Below the pieces are notes generated by a model. It worked only from the letters and a program-made list of their open reading frames with translations, was not told the origin of the DNA and searched no databases. A DNA stretch of 64,000 nt from Candidatus Obscuribacteraceae bacterium (GTDB lineage: Bacteria > Cyanobacteriota > Vampirovibrionia > Obscuribacterales > Obscuribacteraceae), in assembly GCA_044226015.1 (NCBI GenBank), contig JBGAHS010000001.1:704001-768000 (forward strand), given 5' to 3'. Below, piece by piece: positions 28,627-39,098 of the stretch (within the stretch, counting starts at the first letter, position 1; every line of letters begins with the position of its first letter). A program made the translations under genes and the position numbers.

Positions 28627-30033
28627 ATGGAAAGAGAGAAAGAGAAAAATTTCAGACGCTTTCGACGCGACCGGGAAGAGGATGCTCCCGAATCGATAGA
28701 AACCAATCTTGAGAGAATTCCACCGCAATCCATCGAGGCGGAGCAGGCCGTTCTTGGTTCGTTGTTAGTCAACCCCGAAACTATTTCGAAAATCGTTGAC
28801 ATCATCAAGCCCGAGAATTTTTATCGCAAAGCGCACCAGATAATTTGTACGTCAATTATCGAACTTTTCGAAAAGGGTGAACCTGTTGATCTTGTAACTC
28901 TGCCGAGTTATTTGAAGGATCAGCAGAAGCTTGAGATTGTTGGCGGAAGGCAATATTTGACTGACCTGGCAATGTCTATTGCCACCACTGCAAACGTTGA
29001 GTACTACGCCAAGACAATCAATGAAAAAGCACTTCTGCGAAACCTTATCAAAGCCGGTACTGAAATTGTTCAAACATGTTTTGATGAGCCTGACGCCGAA
29101 GTCGCAGTTGATAAAGCTGAGCGTCTCGTATTCGGCATCTCCGAAAATCGTGCCATGCAACAGCTCACGCCAATTCGTGATGTAGTAAATGATTCATTTG
29201 CCAAAATCGAACAGCGATATGAGCAAAGAGACGCTCTTTCTGGCTTATCCACTGGCTTTTACGATCTCGATGAAATGACCTCAGGCTGGAACCGATCTGA
29301 CCTTGTGATTGTTGCTGCTCGTCCGTCCATGGGAAAAACAGCTTTCACCTTGAATGTTGCGCAGCATGCAGCTGTTGAATGCAACGCTCCCGTTGCCTTA
29401 TTCAGTCTTGAAATGTCAAAGGAACAGCTCGTTCAACGTCTTCTTTGTTCTGAGGCACGCATCGATGCGAATAAATTGCGCTCGGGTTTCCTGCAAACAA
29501 ATGACTGGACTGCCCTGGCAAATGCCATGGGACGATTGGGTGAGGCCCCGCTCTATATCGATGACTCTCCGGTGGTTGGCGTTCTCGATATCCGAGCAAA
29601 GTGCCGCCGACTGAAAGCCGAATTGAAAGACTTGGGCTTGATCATCATCGATTACATTCAGCTGATGACTGGTAAGAAATCGACTGATAACCGACAGCAA
29701 GAAGTTTCTGAAATCTCTCGCGGTCTCAAGCAGCTCGCAAGAGAACTACATGTTCCGGTAATTGCTTTGTCGCAGCTGTCTCGGGCTGTGGAATCTCGTC
29801 AGAATAAAAGACCTATGCTTTCTGACTTGAGAGAATCTGGAAGTATCGAGCAAGACGCCGACATCGTTATGTTCATCTACCGTGATGACTACTACAATCC
29901 TGAAAGCGAACAAAGAGGCGAAGCAGAAATCATTATCGCTAAACAGCGTAACGGTCCGGTTGGAACTTGTGAGTTGCTCTATCAGGCTAGCATCACGAGG
30001 TTCTTAAATAAGGCTGCTCACGTCACTGGCTAA
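28627..30033 (+). CDS. dnaB: Replicative DNA helicase
   Basis: PPQSIEAEQAVLG, AARPSMGKT, FSLEM, IDYIQL, LSQLSR, DLRESGSIEQDAD, KQRNGP; no intein. Confidence 0.97.
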   Translation: MEREKEKNFRRFRRDREEDAPESIETNLERIPPQSIEAEQAVLGSLLVNPETISKIVDIIKPENFYRKAHQIICTSIIELFEKGEPVDLVTLPSYLKDQQKLEIVGGRQYLTDLAMSIATTANVEYYAKTINEKALLRNLIKAGTEIVQTCFDEPDAEVAVDKAERLVFGISENRAMQQLTPIRDVVNDSFAKIEQRYEQRDALSGLSTGFYDLDEMTSGWNRSDLVIVAARPSMGKTAFTLNVAQHAAVECNAPVALFSLEMSKEQLVQRLLCSEARIDANKLRSGFLQTNDWTALANAMGRLGEAPLYIDDSPVVGVLDIRAKCRRLKAELKDLGLIIIDYIQLMTGKKSTDNRQQEVSEISRGLKQLARELHVPVIALSQLSRAVESRQNKRPMLSDLRESGSIEQDADIVMFIYRDDYYNPESEQRGEAEIIIAKQRNGPVGTCELLYQASITRFLNKAAHVTG

Positions 30034-30112
30034 TCTGGTATTACGAGCTGGTGTTTATTTCCTGTGGGTTTGGGGCGTATAATCGCTATAGTCGGGAATT
30101 TACAGGTGCCCT

Positions 30113-30814
30113 GTGAAACTAACAGCCATGATTAAATCTGTTGCGGCAAGCGCTGCTGTGCTCTCATTTTTCATTGGCAGCAGTAACCCTGCTGATTCAC
30201 AAAATAACCGAGACCAGTTTGTTCGTTTGCAAACAACGAAGGGTCCCATTGTAATTCGAGTTTTCTACAGCATGGTGCCCTACACAGCTGGTAATTTTCT
30301 TGATCTGGTCGAAGCTGGTTTCTACAGCGGGTTGACCTGGCATCGAGTCGAGAACTGGGTAATTCAGGGTGGCGACCCCAATGGTAATGGCTCGGGAAAC
30401 GCGACCGACCCCGCTACTGGTGCGCCAAAGTTCTTGAAACTGGAAATTAACCGCACTTTGAACCACAATGCGCCTGGCACTGTGGCAATGGCTAGAAGCA
30501 ACGACCCAAATAGTGCAAGTTGCCAGTTCTATATTACCAAGTCGCCTGCACCGCAGCTAAATGGACAGTATGCTGTGTTTGGAAAAGTTGTTGACGGCAT
30601 GAATGCTGTATACGCTATTCGCAGGGGAGATCAAATTTTGTCTGCAGAGATTCTCAACACTGGAGGCGGAAACGGTGGTTCTAGCGCAAGCTCCGGCGGT
30701 TCTTCGGGCGGTTCTAGCGGAGGCTCTGCTTCCGGTAGTTCAGGTCGCAACTATTATGAAAGTAATGAAGCGCCCCGAGACAAGTCGGGAAAGCCTAAGG
30801 ACTCAGGATTTTAG
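30113..30814 (+). CDS. Exported cyclophilin-type peptidyl-prolyl isomerase
   Basis: FYSGLTWHRV, IQGGDP, VAMAR, QFYIT, YAVFGKV; Gly/Ser tail. Confidence 0.93.
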   Translation: MKLTAMIKSVAASAAVLSFFIGSSNPADSQNNRDQFVRLQTTKGPIVIRVFYSMVPYTAGNFLDLVEAGFYSGLTWHRVENWVIQGGDPNGNGSGNATDPATGAPKFLKLEINRTLNHNAPGTVAMARSNDPNSASCQFYITKSPAPQLNGQYAVFGKVVDGMNAVYAIRRGDQILSAEILNTGGGNGGSSASSGGSSGGSSGGSASGSSGRNYYESNEAPRDKSGKPKDSGF

Positions 30815-30937
30815 ATTCATTTCGCGGCAACAAAGTAATTTTAAAAGTCACAATTTACAGGGCGCACCAGAAAATTCTATTCTGATCAATTATTATTCTG
30901 GCATCGAGTTTTTTAACCTGTGCCGAGGAGAGAGGCT

Positions 30938-32179
30938 ATGAGCATTGTTTTCACAGCGGAAGAGCTCGAAACTCTTCTTTCTCATCGCATTTTGTTTTTT
31001 GCAGATCGCGTAATTTTTGATGCCCAGCCACCCCTGTCCAGTGAGGACCTTGCTGCTGTTGAGGCTAAATGCTCTGGCAAGATTCCCCCGGCGCTATCTA
31101 CGCTCTGGTCGAAGACTGCTGGTGGCAGCATTGCATATAATCTGAAGATTGACCTCAACGATCGTGAAGAGGCTATCAGTTGGACAGAACTCTTCTACAC
31201 TGGCAGTAAGCACTACAAAGATTTGAATGCCTGGATAGATCATGAATTGGAGCTTTCCAAAGATGCCGCTGAAGAGAATGGCACAAAATGGAGTGGCAAA
31301 TTAGACTATCTTCCATTCGGCGGGTTCGAATATTGCGACCGCATTTATGCTGTTGTAACTCCTGGAGCCAACTATGGGAAAATCGTTGCCTGGAAGCAGG
31401 GGCTGCCCCCTGCTTGGACAGATTGCCTTCATGAGGACATCAGCGTTGGCTTTGCGAACGACCTTTACGAGGCATTCACTGAATTGTACGTAGAAGAAGA
31501 CCCGCGCGACAAGAATGCAAGATACGCTATGGGCAAAGAACTCATGGAATATTTGAATGAATGCGTTGAGGCAGGGCTATCCCGTGAACTTGCTGATAAG
31601 GTCGTTGCCTACTTCTGTCAGGCTATGATTGATTGGAAAAGCGCACTAGAGAATGGCGATATTTCAAGAAAAATGGCGGTGGCAAAGGCAGCTTTGCGCC
31701 ATGCAATTTTTCGATCAGATTGTGCCTTAATTCGACAGCTGGCGTCCGCCGGGGTTCCCCTGAACAAAGCTATTGAGGGCAATGCTCTTGCTACAGACCT
31801 CGCGCTAAAGTCGTCGAAGTTTGAAGCTGTAGATGTTCTAGTTGAGGTCGGCGCTAAAGTTCGCAGCGATATTTTGCGTCACGTAAGCGCCGAGATTCCT
31901 GCTGCCACGACAAAGAAATTGTTGGACAAAGGCGCGATACCTGATGCTGAGCAGATAGTTAATTGTGTTGCTTGCGGTTCGTTTGAAAGTGCACGGCTTA
32001 TGATTGCTGCATCTTCGCAGGAGGACCTGAAGAAGTCTTTTGAGGAATCAAAAGCTGATTGGCTTGAAACCTACGAGAGGGGTCTTAAGAGAGTTCGGGC
32101 AAAAGAGCTTGCTCACTACCTTGGTGAGGCAGGGCTAGTAGCGCGTATTGCTAATCTCAATAATTTTGAGTGCTTGTGA
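30938..32179 (+). CDS. SMI1/KNR4 (SUKH)-like protein with ankyrin-like C-terminal repeats
   Basis: PPLSSEDLAAVEAKCSGKIPPALSTLW, YLPFGG, GKIVAW; VDVLVEVGA and KKLLDKGA ankyrin-like segments. Confidence 0.7.
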   Translation: MSIVFTAEELETLLSHRILFFADRVIFDAQPPLSSEDLAAVEAKCSGKIPPALSTLWSKTAGGSIAYNLKIDLNDREEAISWTELFYTGSKHYKDLNAWIDHELELSKDAAEENGTKWSGKLDYLPFGGFEYCDRIYAVVTPGANYGKIVAWKQGLPPAWTDCLHEDISVGFANDLYEAFTELYVEEDPRDKNARYAMGKELMEYLNECVEAGLSRELADKVVAYFCQAMIDWKSALENGDISRKMAVAKAALRHAIFRSDCALIRQLASAGVPLNKAIEGNALATDLALKSSKFEAVDVLVEVGAKVRSDILRHVSAEIPAATTKKLLDKGAIPDAEQIVNCVACGSFESARLMIAASSQEDLKKSFEESKADWLETYERGLKRVRAKELAHYLGEAGLVARIANLNNFECL

Positions 32180-32204
32180 AGTTTGAACTAGCTGACTTTG
32201 CACA

Positions 32205-33701
32205 CTAACCGGCAGGAATCCAAATTACATCTTGGGTTGTATGTCCAACTTGTACTTGTTTGCTGAATTCCAGTGTGTTGGTGTCCAAAATTCCTACAGT
32301 GTCTGTTTGTTGGCTGGTCACGATGAGATGTCCACCATCTGGTGTCAAACATATTGAATGGGGGAAATCAACATCGAGTGGCAATTTCACTTCGTTGATT
32401 TTTTGCAAGTTGCTTGTGTCGTAGATAACAATGCTGTTGTCTCGCCCAAGAGCCACATAGAGTTTCTTGCCGTCAGCGCTGATCGCAACACCCGTTGGAG
32501 AATTTCCAGTCTTGATATTGTTCAAGACAATACGTTTTGTCAGGTCAACGACAGAAACTGTGTTTGAATGGCGATTGCTTACGTAAGCAGTTTTTTCTGT
32601 TGGATGAACTACCATACATGTTGGAACATCTCCCAGTTTTACTGCACCAACAACTCTCTGGTTGTAGGCTGCAATTATCGCTAGCTGCGAGGCTGTCACG
32701 CTAAGTAGCGTGACAAAGGCACCGTCTGCGGTGACTGACATTCGCGCAGGACCAATAGGTACTTTTGTTTTCGCCAGAATTTTTCCGGTTTCTGTTTCGA
32801 TGGCGGCAACTTCAGAGCTTCCGCTCAGGGAGACAAAAATCAAAGTGCCGTTTGGTAAAGTGACTATTCCTCGTGGTGCTGTATTTGGTGGCAGGTCTAC
32901 CTGACCCAGGAAGCGTCTCGATATCGGGTCGAGCATCAAAATTCTATTTTTCGCCTGGTCAGTAACATAAATGCGTCCGTCGACGAAGCTCATGCTCGAT
33001 GGCGTTCCCTGCGTTGGAAACTCAGCTATCTTGCTGAAGTTCTTCGCATCCATGAGAATTATGCTGCCATCTCTTATTGAGACCATAGCGAACATTCCGT
33101 CGCCGCTATATTGCTGCTGCTGTACGTGTTCTTTTTTCTTGAACTCCGGTTTCATCAATGCCACGTCTTCCATAATAGGTACAGACGTGAGGTCGCCGCG
33201 CATTGGTTTCATCGAATAAGGTAAGACAAAACCCTGGGGCACAATCAAATCTTCTGGCAGCTTGCTCGTCAGAAGCTTTTTCTTGATTGCATCAGGCAGG
33301 GCGTCCGGCAACTTCAGGGTGACGCTGCTGTCTTTCTTCTCAGTGCGGATATGCGCCCAGCCATTTTCATAAATCAAAAGCACCGGGTCGTCAGAGTCTT
33401 TTGGCCATTTCAGTATGCCTTCTGCTTTGGTTCGCTTTGGAGGATTTGACCCCGGTATCAAAGGCAGCATGAAACTGTGATCTGGAAGTTCTACACTTCC
33501 ATCAAGCCTCTGAATGCCTGCTGGAAAAACGGTCTCTAGCGTCTTCTTTATGTCGGCGCTGAGGCGGGTCGCCATCGCGGGGCAGCTGAGAAGCGAGAGA
33601 ATCAGAATCAAGGCGCTAGCAAGGCGCATTCGCGAAGCACACGAAAATGAGTGAGGCTTCGAATGACTCAATTTAGACCCTGTTCGTTTGGCTTCCAACA
33701 C
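32205..33701 (-). CDS. Exported YVTN/YncE-like beta-propeller protein
   Basis: IYVTD, AYVSN...NTVSVVD, P-x-G-x-A-I-S-x-D-G repeats; signal-like N-terminus. Confidence 0.85.
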   Translation of the reverse strand: MLEAKRTGSKLSHSKPHSFSCASRMRLASALILILSLLSCPAMATRLSADIKKTLETVFPAGIQRLDGSVELPDHSFMLPLIPGSNPPKRTKAEGILKWPKDSDDPVLLIYENGWAHIRTEKKDSSVTLKLPDALPDAIKKKLLTSKLPEDLIVPQGFVLPYSMKPMRGDLTSVPIMEDVALMKPEFKKKEHVQQQQYSGDGMFAMVSIRDGSIILMDAKNFSKIAEFPTQGTPSSMSFVDGRIYVTDQAKNRILMLDPISRRFLGQVDLPPNTAPRGIVTLPNGTLIFVSLSGSSEVAAIETETGKILAKTKVPIGPARMSVTADGAFVTLLSVTASQLAIIAAYNQRVVGAVKLGDVPTCMVVHPTEKTAYVSNRHSNTVSVVDLTKRIVLNNIKTGNSPTGVAISADGKKLYVALGRDNSIVIYDTSNLQKINEVKLPLDVDFPHSICLTPDGGHLIVTSQQTDTVGILDTNTLEFSKQVQVGHTTQDVIWIPAG

Positions 33702-33712
33702 AATGCTCTCGC

Positions 33713-34951
33713 TTACTCACCGTTAGCGTGTTTGCCTTTGAATACTCCGGCTATTGCATCGAATATTGAATGATGCTCTTTCTGGTCTTTGTCTTTGTCC
33801 TTGTCTTTCGAGTTCTCAGGGCTTGGCTGAGGGCGCTCGCTTTCGGGCACTGTGAGTTGTTCGCCACGCAATTCAGCGAGTTTGCGGTACAACTCTTTTT
33901 CTTCGTCAGAGAGTTTTGATGGCGTTTCAATGACTAGAACTACTTGCTGGATGCCTCTTCTTTCAGGGTTACTCAGTTGCGGAACGCCTTCGCCTTTCAT
34001 GGTGAGGACTGTTCCGAAGTTCGTACCTGCGGGAATCTTGAGCAAGCGCTTACCGCCTACGGTGTCAACGAGCATGTCGCCACCGATGGCAGCCATAGAC
34101 ATGCTGATTGGTTGTTTCAATAAAATTGTGGTGCCTTCGCGCTGGAATTTTTCATGTGCGCGAACATTTAGAATTACATACAAGTCGCCGGTTGGAGCGC
34201 CGCGTTTGCCACTGTCGCCTTCTCCAGTTACTCGAATGCGAGAGCCATTGTCCACCCCTGCTGGAATTTTCAATTCCAGAGTGCGGTCTTTTCGTTGAAG
34301 TCCCTTTCCAGCGCAATCTCCGCAAGGTTTTTCAACTTTAACGCCTTCCCCTGCGCAATTTGGACAGGGGACGATTTGCGAGAAATGACCAATAAATGTT
34401 GATGTTGTCTGTCGGACTTGCCCGTGCCCGCCGCAGCCAGTACATGTTACGGGCTCGCATCCTGCTGCACCGCCAGAGCCCTTACAGGTTTCACAGGTGC
34501 GGAGGTGTTTGATGTGGATTTTTTTCTCTACGCCAAAGACTGCTTCAAGAAATTGAATTTCCATGTCATAGCGAAGATCTGAGCCCCTTTGTGGACCAGA
34601 ACGCCGTTGACCGCCGCCGCGCATGCCGCCGCTGAAGAAGTACTCGAATATTTCGCCAAGATCGGAGAATGCGCTCATGTCGAATTCTTGACCGAACCCG
34701 CCGCCTGCTCCTGCGCCGCCTCTCTTTAGCCCGTCTTCGCCATAACGGTCGTAGAGGGCTTTCTTGTTCTCGTCGGAGAGCACTTCATATGAAGCTACAA
34801 GTTGCTTAAACTTGGCTTCATCGCCTGTCTCCTGGTTATCTGGGTGAAGTTCAGCCGCTTTCTTTCTGAAGGCTTTTTTGATTTCTTCAGGTGTTGCGCT
34901 CTTCGAAACCCCGAGGATATCGTAATAGTCTCCGGTTGCCATTTTGTTCAC
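33713..34951 (-). CDS. dnaJ: Chaperone DnaJ (class A)
   Basis: DYYDILGV, HPD, G/F region, four CxxCxGxG motifs. Confidence 0.96.
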   Translation of the reverse strand: MNKMATGDYYDILGVSKSATPEEIKKAFRKKAAELHPDNQETGDEAKFKQLVASYEVLSDENKKALYDRYGEDGLKRGGAGAGGGFGQEFDMSAFSDLGEIFEYFFSGGMRGGGQRRSGPQRGSDLRYDMEIQFLEAVFGVEKKIHIKHLRTCETCKGSGGAAGCEPVTCTGCGGHGQVRQTTSTFIGHFSQIVPCPNCAGEGVKVEKPCGDCAGKGLQRKDRTLELKIPAGVDNGSRIRVTGEGDSGKRGAPTGDLYVILNVRAHEKFQREGTTILLKQPISMSMAAIGGDMLVDTVGGKRLLKIPAGTNFGTVLTMKGEGVPQLSNPERRGIQQVVLVIETPSKLSDEEKELYRKLAELRGEQLTVPESERPQPSPENSKDKDKDKDQKEHHSIFDAIAGVFKGKHANGE

Positions 34952-35038
34952 GTGATTCCTACTTAAAGTAAGGTGCAGTCTCCACTAACCTTTCAGTTTA
35001 GCTAGAAACTTCAGTTTTCACCAACAAGAATATTTAAG

Positions 35039-36808
35039 TTACTCGGCCGTATCAGCTGCCGCTGCTCTTCCACTGCTGTAGAGTACACGTCCAACTTCGA
35101 GCAGGGCAGCGTCAAGCTGATCTACCAACTGCTTCAAATCTGGCGCATCTCCGGCTTCGAGCGCTGCTTTCAAAACGTCTAAGTTGCGTTTTACCATGTC
35201 GAGGAAATCTTGATCGACGACTCCGCTGTACTTTGTTAAAGTTCTCTCGGCTTCGGCTACCAGTGTTTCTGCCTTCATCTTCGCAGCAATGGTTTCTTTC
35301 TGAATTCTGTCTTGTTCCGCGAATTCCGAAGCTTCCTGTTCCATTTTTTCAACGTCAGATCTGGACAGACCAGAACTTCTTCGAATGGTAACAGAATGTT
35401 TGTTGCCTGAAGCTGCGTCCTTTGCGCTTACGTGCACGATGCCGTCAGCGTCGATGTCGAATGTAACATCAATTTTCGGAACGCCGCGTGGTGCACGCGG
35501 AATGCCATCAAGAGTGAACTTCGCAAGAGACTTGTTGAATTTAGCGAGTTCACGTTCACCCTGCAAGCAGTGGACTTCGACGTGAGACTGACCGTCTTCT
35601 GTCGTTGTGAAAGACATGCTTCTGCTGGTAGGAACGGTGGTATTACGTTCGATAATTTTGGTGAACAAGCCGCCAGCCGTTTCAATTCCGAGTGAAAGCG
35701 GAGTAACGTCGAGAAGCAATATCTCTTGAGTTTCTCCGGTGAGAATTGAGGCTTGAATAGCGGCTCCTAAAGCGACCGCTTCATCAGGGTTTACTGATTT
35801 GACTGGGTCTTTCTGGAAGAAACGCTTAATCGCGTCCTGTACTGCCGGAATTCTTGTTGAACCGCCAACCAGCAACACATGCTCGATTTGCTCGGCGCTG
35901 AGTCCGGAGTCAGCAATTGCTTGTTGAACCGGTTCCATCGTACCCTCTACCAGGTGCGCGCTCAGTTCATTGAACTTCGCCCGTGTTAGAGCAGCCTGGA
36001 AGTGTTTTGGTCCGCTTGCGTCTGCCGTCAGGAATGGCAAATGGATTTCGCTAACCATGGCTGAGGACAACTCAATTTTTGATTTTTCCGCAGTTTCCTT
36101 AAGTCTTTGAATAGCCATAAGGTCATTTGAAATGTCGATATCGTTTGCTTTTTGAAACTCAAGCTTCATCCAGTCGATGATAGCCTGGTCGAAGTCGTCT
36201 CCGCCCAATCTGTTGTTTCCAGCGGTTGCTTTAACTTCGAAAACACCTTCAGTAATATCGAGAATGCTTACGTCAAACGTGCCACCACCAAGGTCATAAA
36301 CAAGAATTGTGCCATTTTGCTCGAGCTTATCCAGACCATAGGCAAGTGATGATGCCGTAGGCTCGTTAATGATACGCAGAACATCGAGCCCGGCTATTTG
36401 TCCGGCGTCTCTGGTTGCTTGTCGCTGCGAGTCATTGAAATAAGCTGGAACTGTAATAACCGCTTTAGTAATTGTTTCGCCGATGTAAGCTTCCGCATCA
36501 ACCTTCAGTTTCTGCAAAATCATTGCGGAAATTTGCTCAGGTGTGTATGCGTTGCCGTCAATAGTAATACGATAGTTGGTGCCCATTTCTCGCTTGATTG
36601 AGAGAATGGTTCTTCCCGGATTTGTCACAGCCTGACGTTTTGCCAGGTGACCAACTATGCGCTCTCCCGTTCGCGTGAAACCCACTACGGATGGTGTCGT
36701 TCTCGAACCTTCCGCATTTGGAATAACTTCTGGCTTTCCGCCTTCCATCACCGCTACGCAAGAATATGTAGTACCAAGGTCAATTCCAATTACTTTTTCA
36801 GTGGTCAT
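35039..36808 (-). CDS. dnaK: Chaperone DnaK (Hsp70)
   Basis: [42 protein letters not shown]. Confidence 0.97.
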   Translation of the reverse strand: MTTEKVIGIDLGTTYSCVAVMEGGKPEVIPNAEGSRTTPSVVGFTRTGERIVGHLAKRQAVTNPGRTILSIKREMGTNYRITIDGNAYTPEQISAMILQKLKVDAEAYIGETITKAVITVPAYFNDSQRQATRDAGQIAGLDVLRIINEPTASSLAYGLDKLEQNGTILVYDLGGGTFDVSILDITEGVFEVKATAGNNRLGGDDFDQAIIDWMKLEFQKANDIDISNDLMAIQRLKETAEKSKIELSSAMVSEIHLPFLTADASGPKHFQAALTRAKFNELSAHLVEGTMEPVQQAIADSGLSAEQIEHVLLVGGSTRIPAVQDAIKRFFQKDPVKSVNPDEAVALGAAIQASILTGETQEILLLDVTPLSLGIETAGGLFTKIIERNTTVPTSRSMSFTTTEDGQSHVEVHCLQGERELAKFNKSLAKFTLDGIPRAPRGVPKIDVTFDIDADGIVHVSAKDAASGNKHSVTIRRSSGLSRSDVEKMEQEASEFAEQDRIQKETIAAKMKAETLVAEAERTLTKYSGVVDQDFLDMVKRNLDVLKAALEAGDAPDLKQLVDQLDAALLEVGRVLYSSGRAAAADTAE

Positions 36809-36832
36809 TTGACGCCCTTCTGCTCGTGAGCT

Positions 36833-37741
36833 TTATGTGATGTCGTCCATGTCGCCTAAATCGAATATGCGAGAGCCTTCTTCTGTTTCCCCGGCAAGGG
36901 ATTTTTGAGCTGCTTTCGCCAATTCGTCGTCGTTTTTCGTGCTTTTAGATTCCGTAGAGCTGCTGGATGCTGTGGTGCTTTCGCTGGAAGCTGAGCTTGA
37001 ATTGCTCTGCTCTGCGCTCTTTGTCTGCTCTGGGGCAGCAGCGGGAGCTGGCTCTTGTACCGGAGCTGGTGCCGGAGCCGGAGCTTCTTTTTGAAGCGCT
37101 TCAACTGGTGGCATGTCCATCTTGGTATTAAGTGCAACGTTGACCAGCGCAGGCCGAATTACTCTTTCTCCCAACATGTAGCCACCGCGCAGTTCATGCA
37201 TGATGGTTTGGTCTGGAAGTGTTTCGGATTCAATTTGCTGAACCGGTTCGTGATAACGAGGGTCAAACAAAACACCACCGCTGGTATTAAGTCTCTTCAA
37301 TCCAGCTTGCTCCAAACACTGCATAATGCGTGTTGAAATCAACTGGAAGCTCTCTAGAAGCTTCTCTGTTGGAGTATCTTTGTTGAGATACATCTGAGCT
37401 CGATCGAGGTCGTCCAGCGCGGGAATAATCGCTTCGGCAGCTTTGCGAACGCCAGCATTCGCAAACTCTTCCTTGTCGCGTTCCATACGCCTGCGGAAAT
37501 TATCGAAATCTGCCGCCAGACGCTTGTACAAGTTTTCAAATTCAGTTGCTTTTTGTTCGAGCATTGCAACCTGTTGTTCAAGCTCTTTTACTCGGCGAGA
37601 ATCGGTTCCCCCTTCCGATGAAGAAGAACCTGCAGATTCATCTCCTGCATACATGGCTCTGAAAAATGCTTTGGCAGCATCCATTCGTGTGCCTTTTTCC
37701 TCTTCACTTTTCTCGTCTTTGTTTTCGTCGTCGTCTGGCAT
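36833..37741 (-). CDS. grpE: Nucleotide exchange factor GrpE with long C-terminal extension
   Basis: RLAADFDNFRRR, LDDLDRA, FDPRYHEPV, GYMLGERVIRPALVNV; AGGAGG upstream of ATG 37741. Confidence 0.92.
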   Translation of the reverse strand: MPDDDENKDEKSEEEKGTRMDAAKAFFRAMYAGDESAGSSSSEGGTDSRRVKELEQQVAMLEQKATEFENLYKRLAADFDNFRRRMERDKEEFANAGVRKAAEAIIPALDDLDRAQMYLNKDTPTEKLLESFQLISTRIMQCLEQAGLKRLNTSGGVLFDPRYHEPVQQIESETLPDQTIMHELRGGYMLGERVIRPALVNVALNTKMDMPPVEALQKEAPAPAPAPVQEPAPAAAPEQTKSAEQSNSSSASSESTTASSSSTESKSTKNDDELAKAAQKSLAGETEEGSRIFDLGDMDDIT

Positions 37742-38039
37742 CGTAGCCCCGTTTCCTCCTAATTCGACCATGCCCATTGCCTAGCGGTTGTTACCAGCTA
37801 AGTTAGAGCATATAAGGATAACCATAGAAGATCTCTTGGCAACGCCAGATAAACCTCAAGGGAAATCCCCACATTACTAATTTTATGCTAGTCGCTAACA
37901 AAGCTCATTAGCTTTGGCTTTTTCCAACAAAGTTAGTAATATTAAATGCGATCAAACTCGTGTCACCTTGGCAATCGACCAGGGAATCTTCACTTTTGGG
38001 ATGGAAAAAATGTTTGCAACAAAGCAAGAAAAGACTGGC

Positions 38040-39098
38040 ATGTACTACGATTTGAACGCCAGATTGGTTGTCTATGCGCCAAATGCGCTCGGTAAAGACA
38101 GCTCTAAGACCGCTGAAGGTGTGCTGCGCTACGCCCAGAACCCGGTTGTGGCAGTAATCGACGCCAGCAAAGCTGGCAAGTCGATCAAAGACGTGACTGG
38201 TATTCCCTGCGACGCCCCAATAGTTTCCAGTCTAGATGAGGCTCTGAAGCTGAAGCCTGATGCTTTGCTACTCGGCACTGCATGGTCTGGTGGCGCGCTG
38301 CCTGACGAATGGAAGCCCGACCTGCTGAAAGCTATCGATAACGGACTCGACATAGTTAATGGCTTGCACGACTTCCTGGCGGACGACCCGCAACTTGCAG
38401 AAGCCGCAAAGAAGAAGAATGTTCGTTTGATTGATGTGCGTCGACCCCCAGAGAAGCTTCCTGTTGGAACCCGTGCAGCTGCTGCCAGCAAGGCTTTTGT
38501 TGTGTTGACAGTGGGAAGCGACTGCTCTGTTGGTAAGATGACCACCTCTCTTGAAATCGCCAAGGTCGCTAGAGCTCGCAGTAAGTCCGCCGGATTTGTT
38601 GCAACGGGTCAAACCGGAATAATGATTTGCGGAACTGGCATAGCGATTGACCGTGTTATTGGCGATTTTATGTCTGGCGCAGTTGAGCAACTCGTGTTGG
38701 ATGCTGCTAAGGACAATGAATACGTTCTCGTTGAGGGACAGGGATCGATTGTGCACCCTAGCTTTTCGGGAGTTACCCTTGCCTTGATGCATGGTTCCTG
38801 CCCACAGGGGTTGATTCTCTGTCATAACGCAAGACGTAGCCAAATCAAAGGTCTTGAGCCAATCGATCTCTTGCCTTTGAAAGAACTGGTTTCGATTTAC
38901 GAGCGTATGTGTTCTTATCTGCGTCCCACTAAAGTTCTTGGTGTTGCGTTTAATACCTTTGGTATGTCAGACAAAGAAGCAGAAGATGCAATCAATAAGG
39001 CTCAAAATGAGCTTGGGTTACCTGTTTGCGACCCTGTAAGGCAAGGCGCAGAAGTGTTGTTTGATGCAATTCAAAACTACAAGGAGTCGATGAAGTGA
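38040..39098 (+). CDS. DUF1611 P-loop protein (DgcN-like N-acetyltransferase)
   Basis: NGLHDFL, TVGSDCSVGKMTT, ATGQTGI, DFMSGAVE, VEGQGS, LMHGS; start uncertain (38001/38010/38040). Confidence 0.88.
   Translation: MYYDLNARLVVYAPNALGKDSSKTAEGVLRYAQNPVVAVIDASKAGKSIKDVTGIPCDAPIVSSLDEALKLKPDALLLGTAWSGGALPDEWKPDLLKAIDNGLDIVNGLHDFLADDPQLAEAAKKKNVRLIDVRRPPEKLPVGTRAAAASKAFVVLTVGSDCSVGKMTTSLEIAKVARARSKSAGFVATGQTGIMICGTGIAIDRVIGDFMSGAVEQLVLDAAKDNEYVLVEGQGSIVHPSFSGVTLALMHGSCPQGLILCHNARRSQIKGLEPIDLLPLKELVSIYERMCSYLRPTKVLGVAFNTFGMSDKEAEDAINKAQNELGLPVCDPVRQGAEVLFDAIQNYKESMK

Noticed and set aside
37742..38000. CIRCE heat-shock operator upstream of grpE-dnaK-dnaJ
   Set aside because: TTAGCACTC-N9-GAGTGCTAA not found
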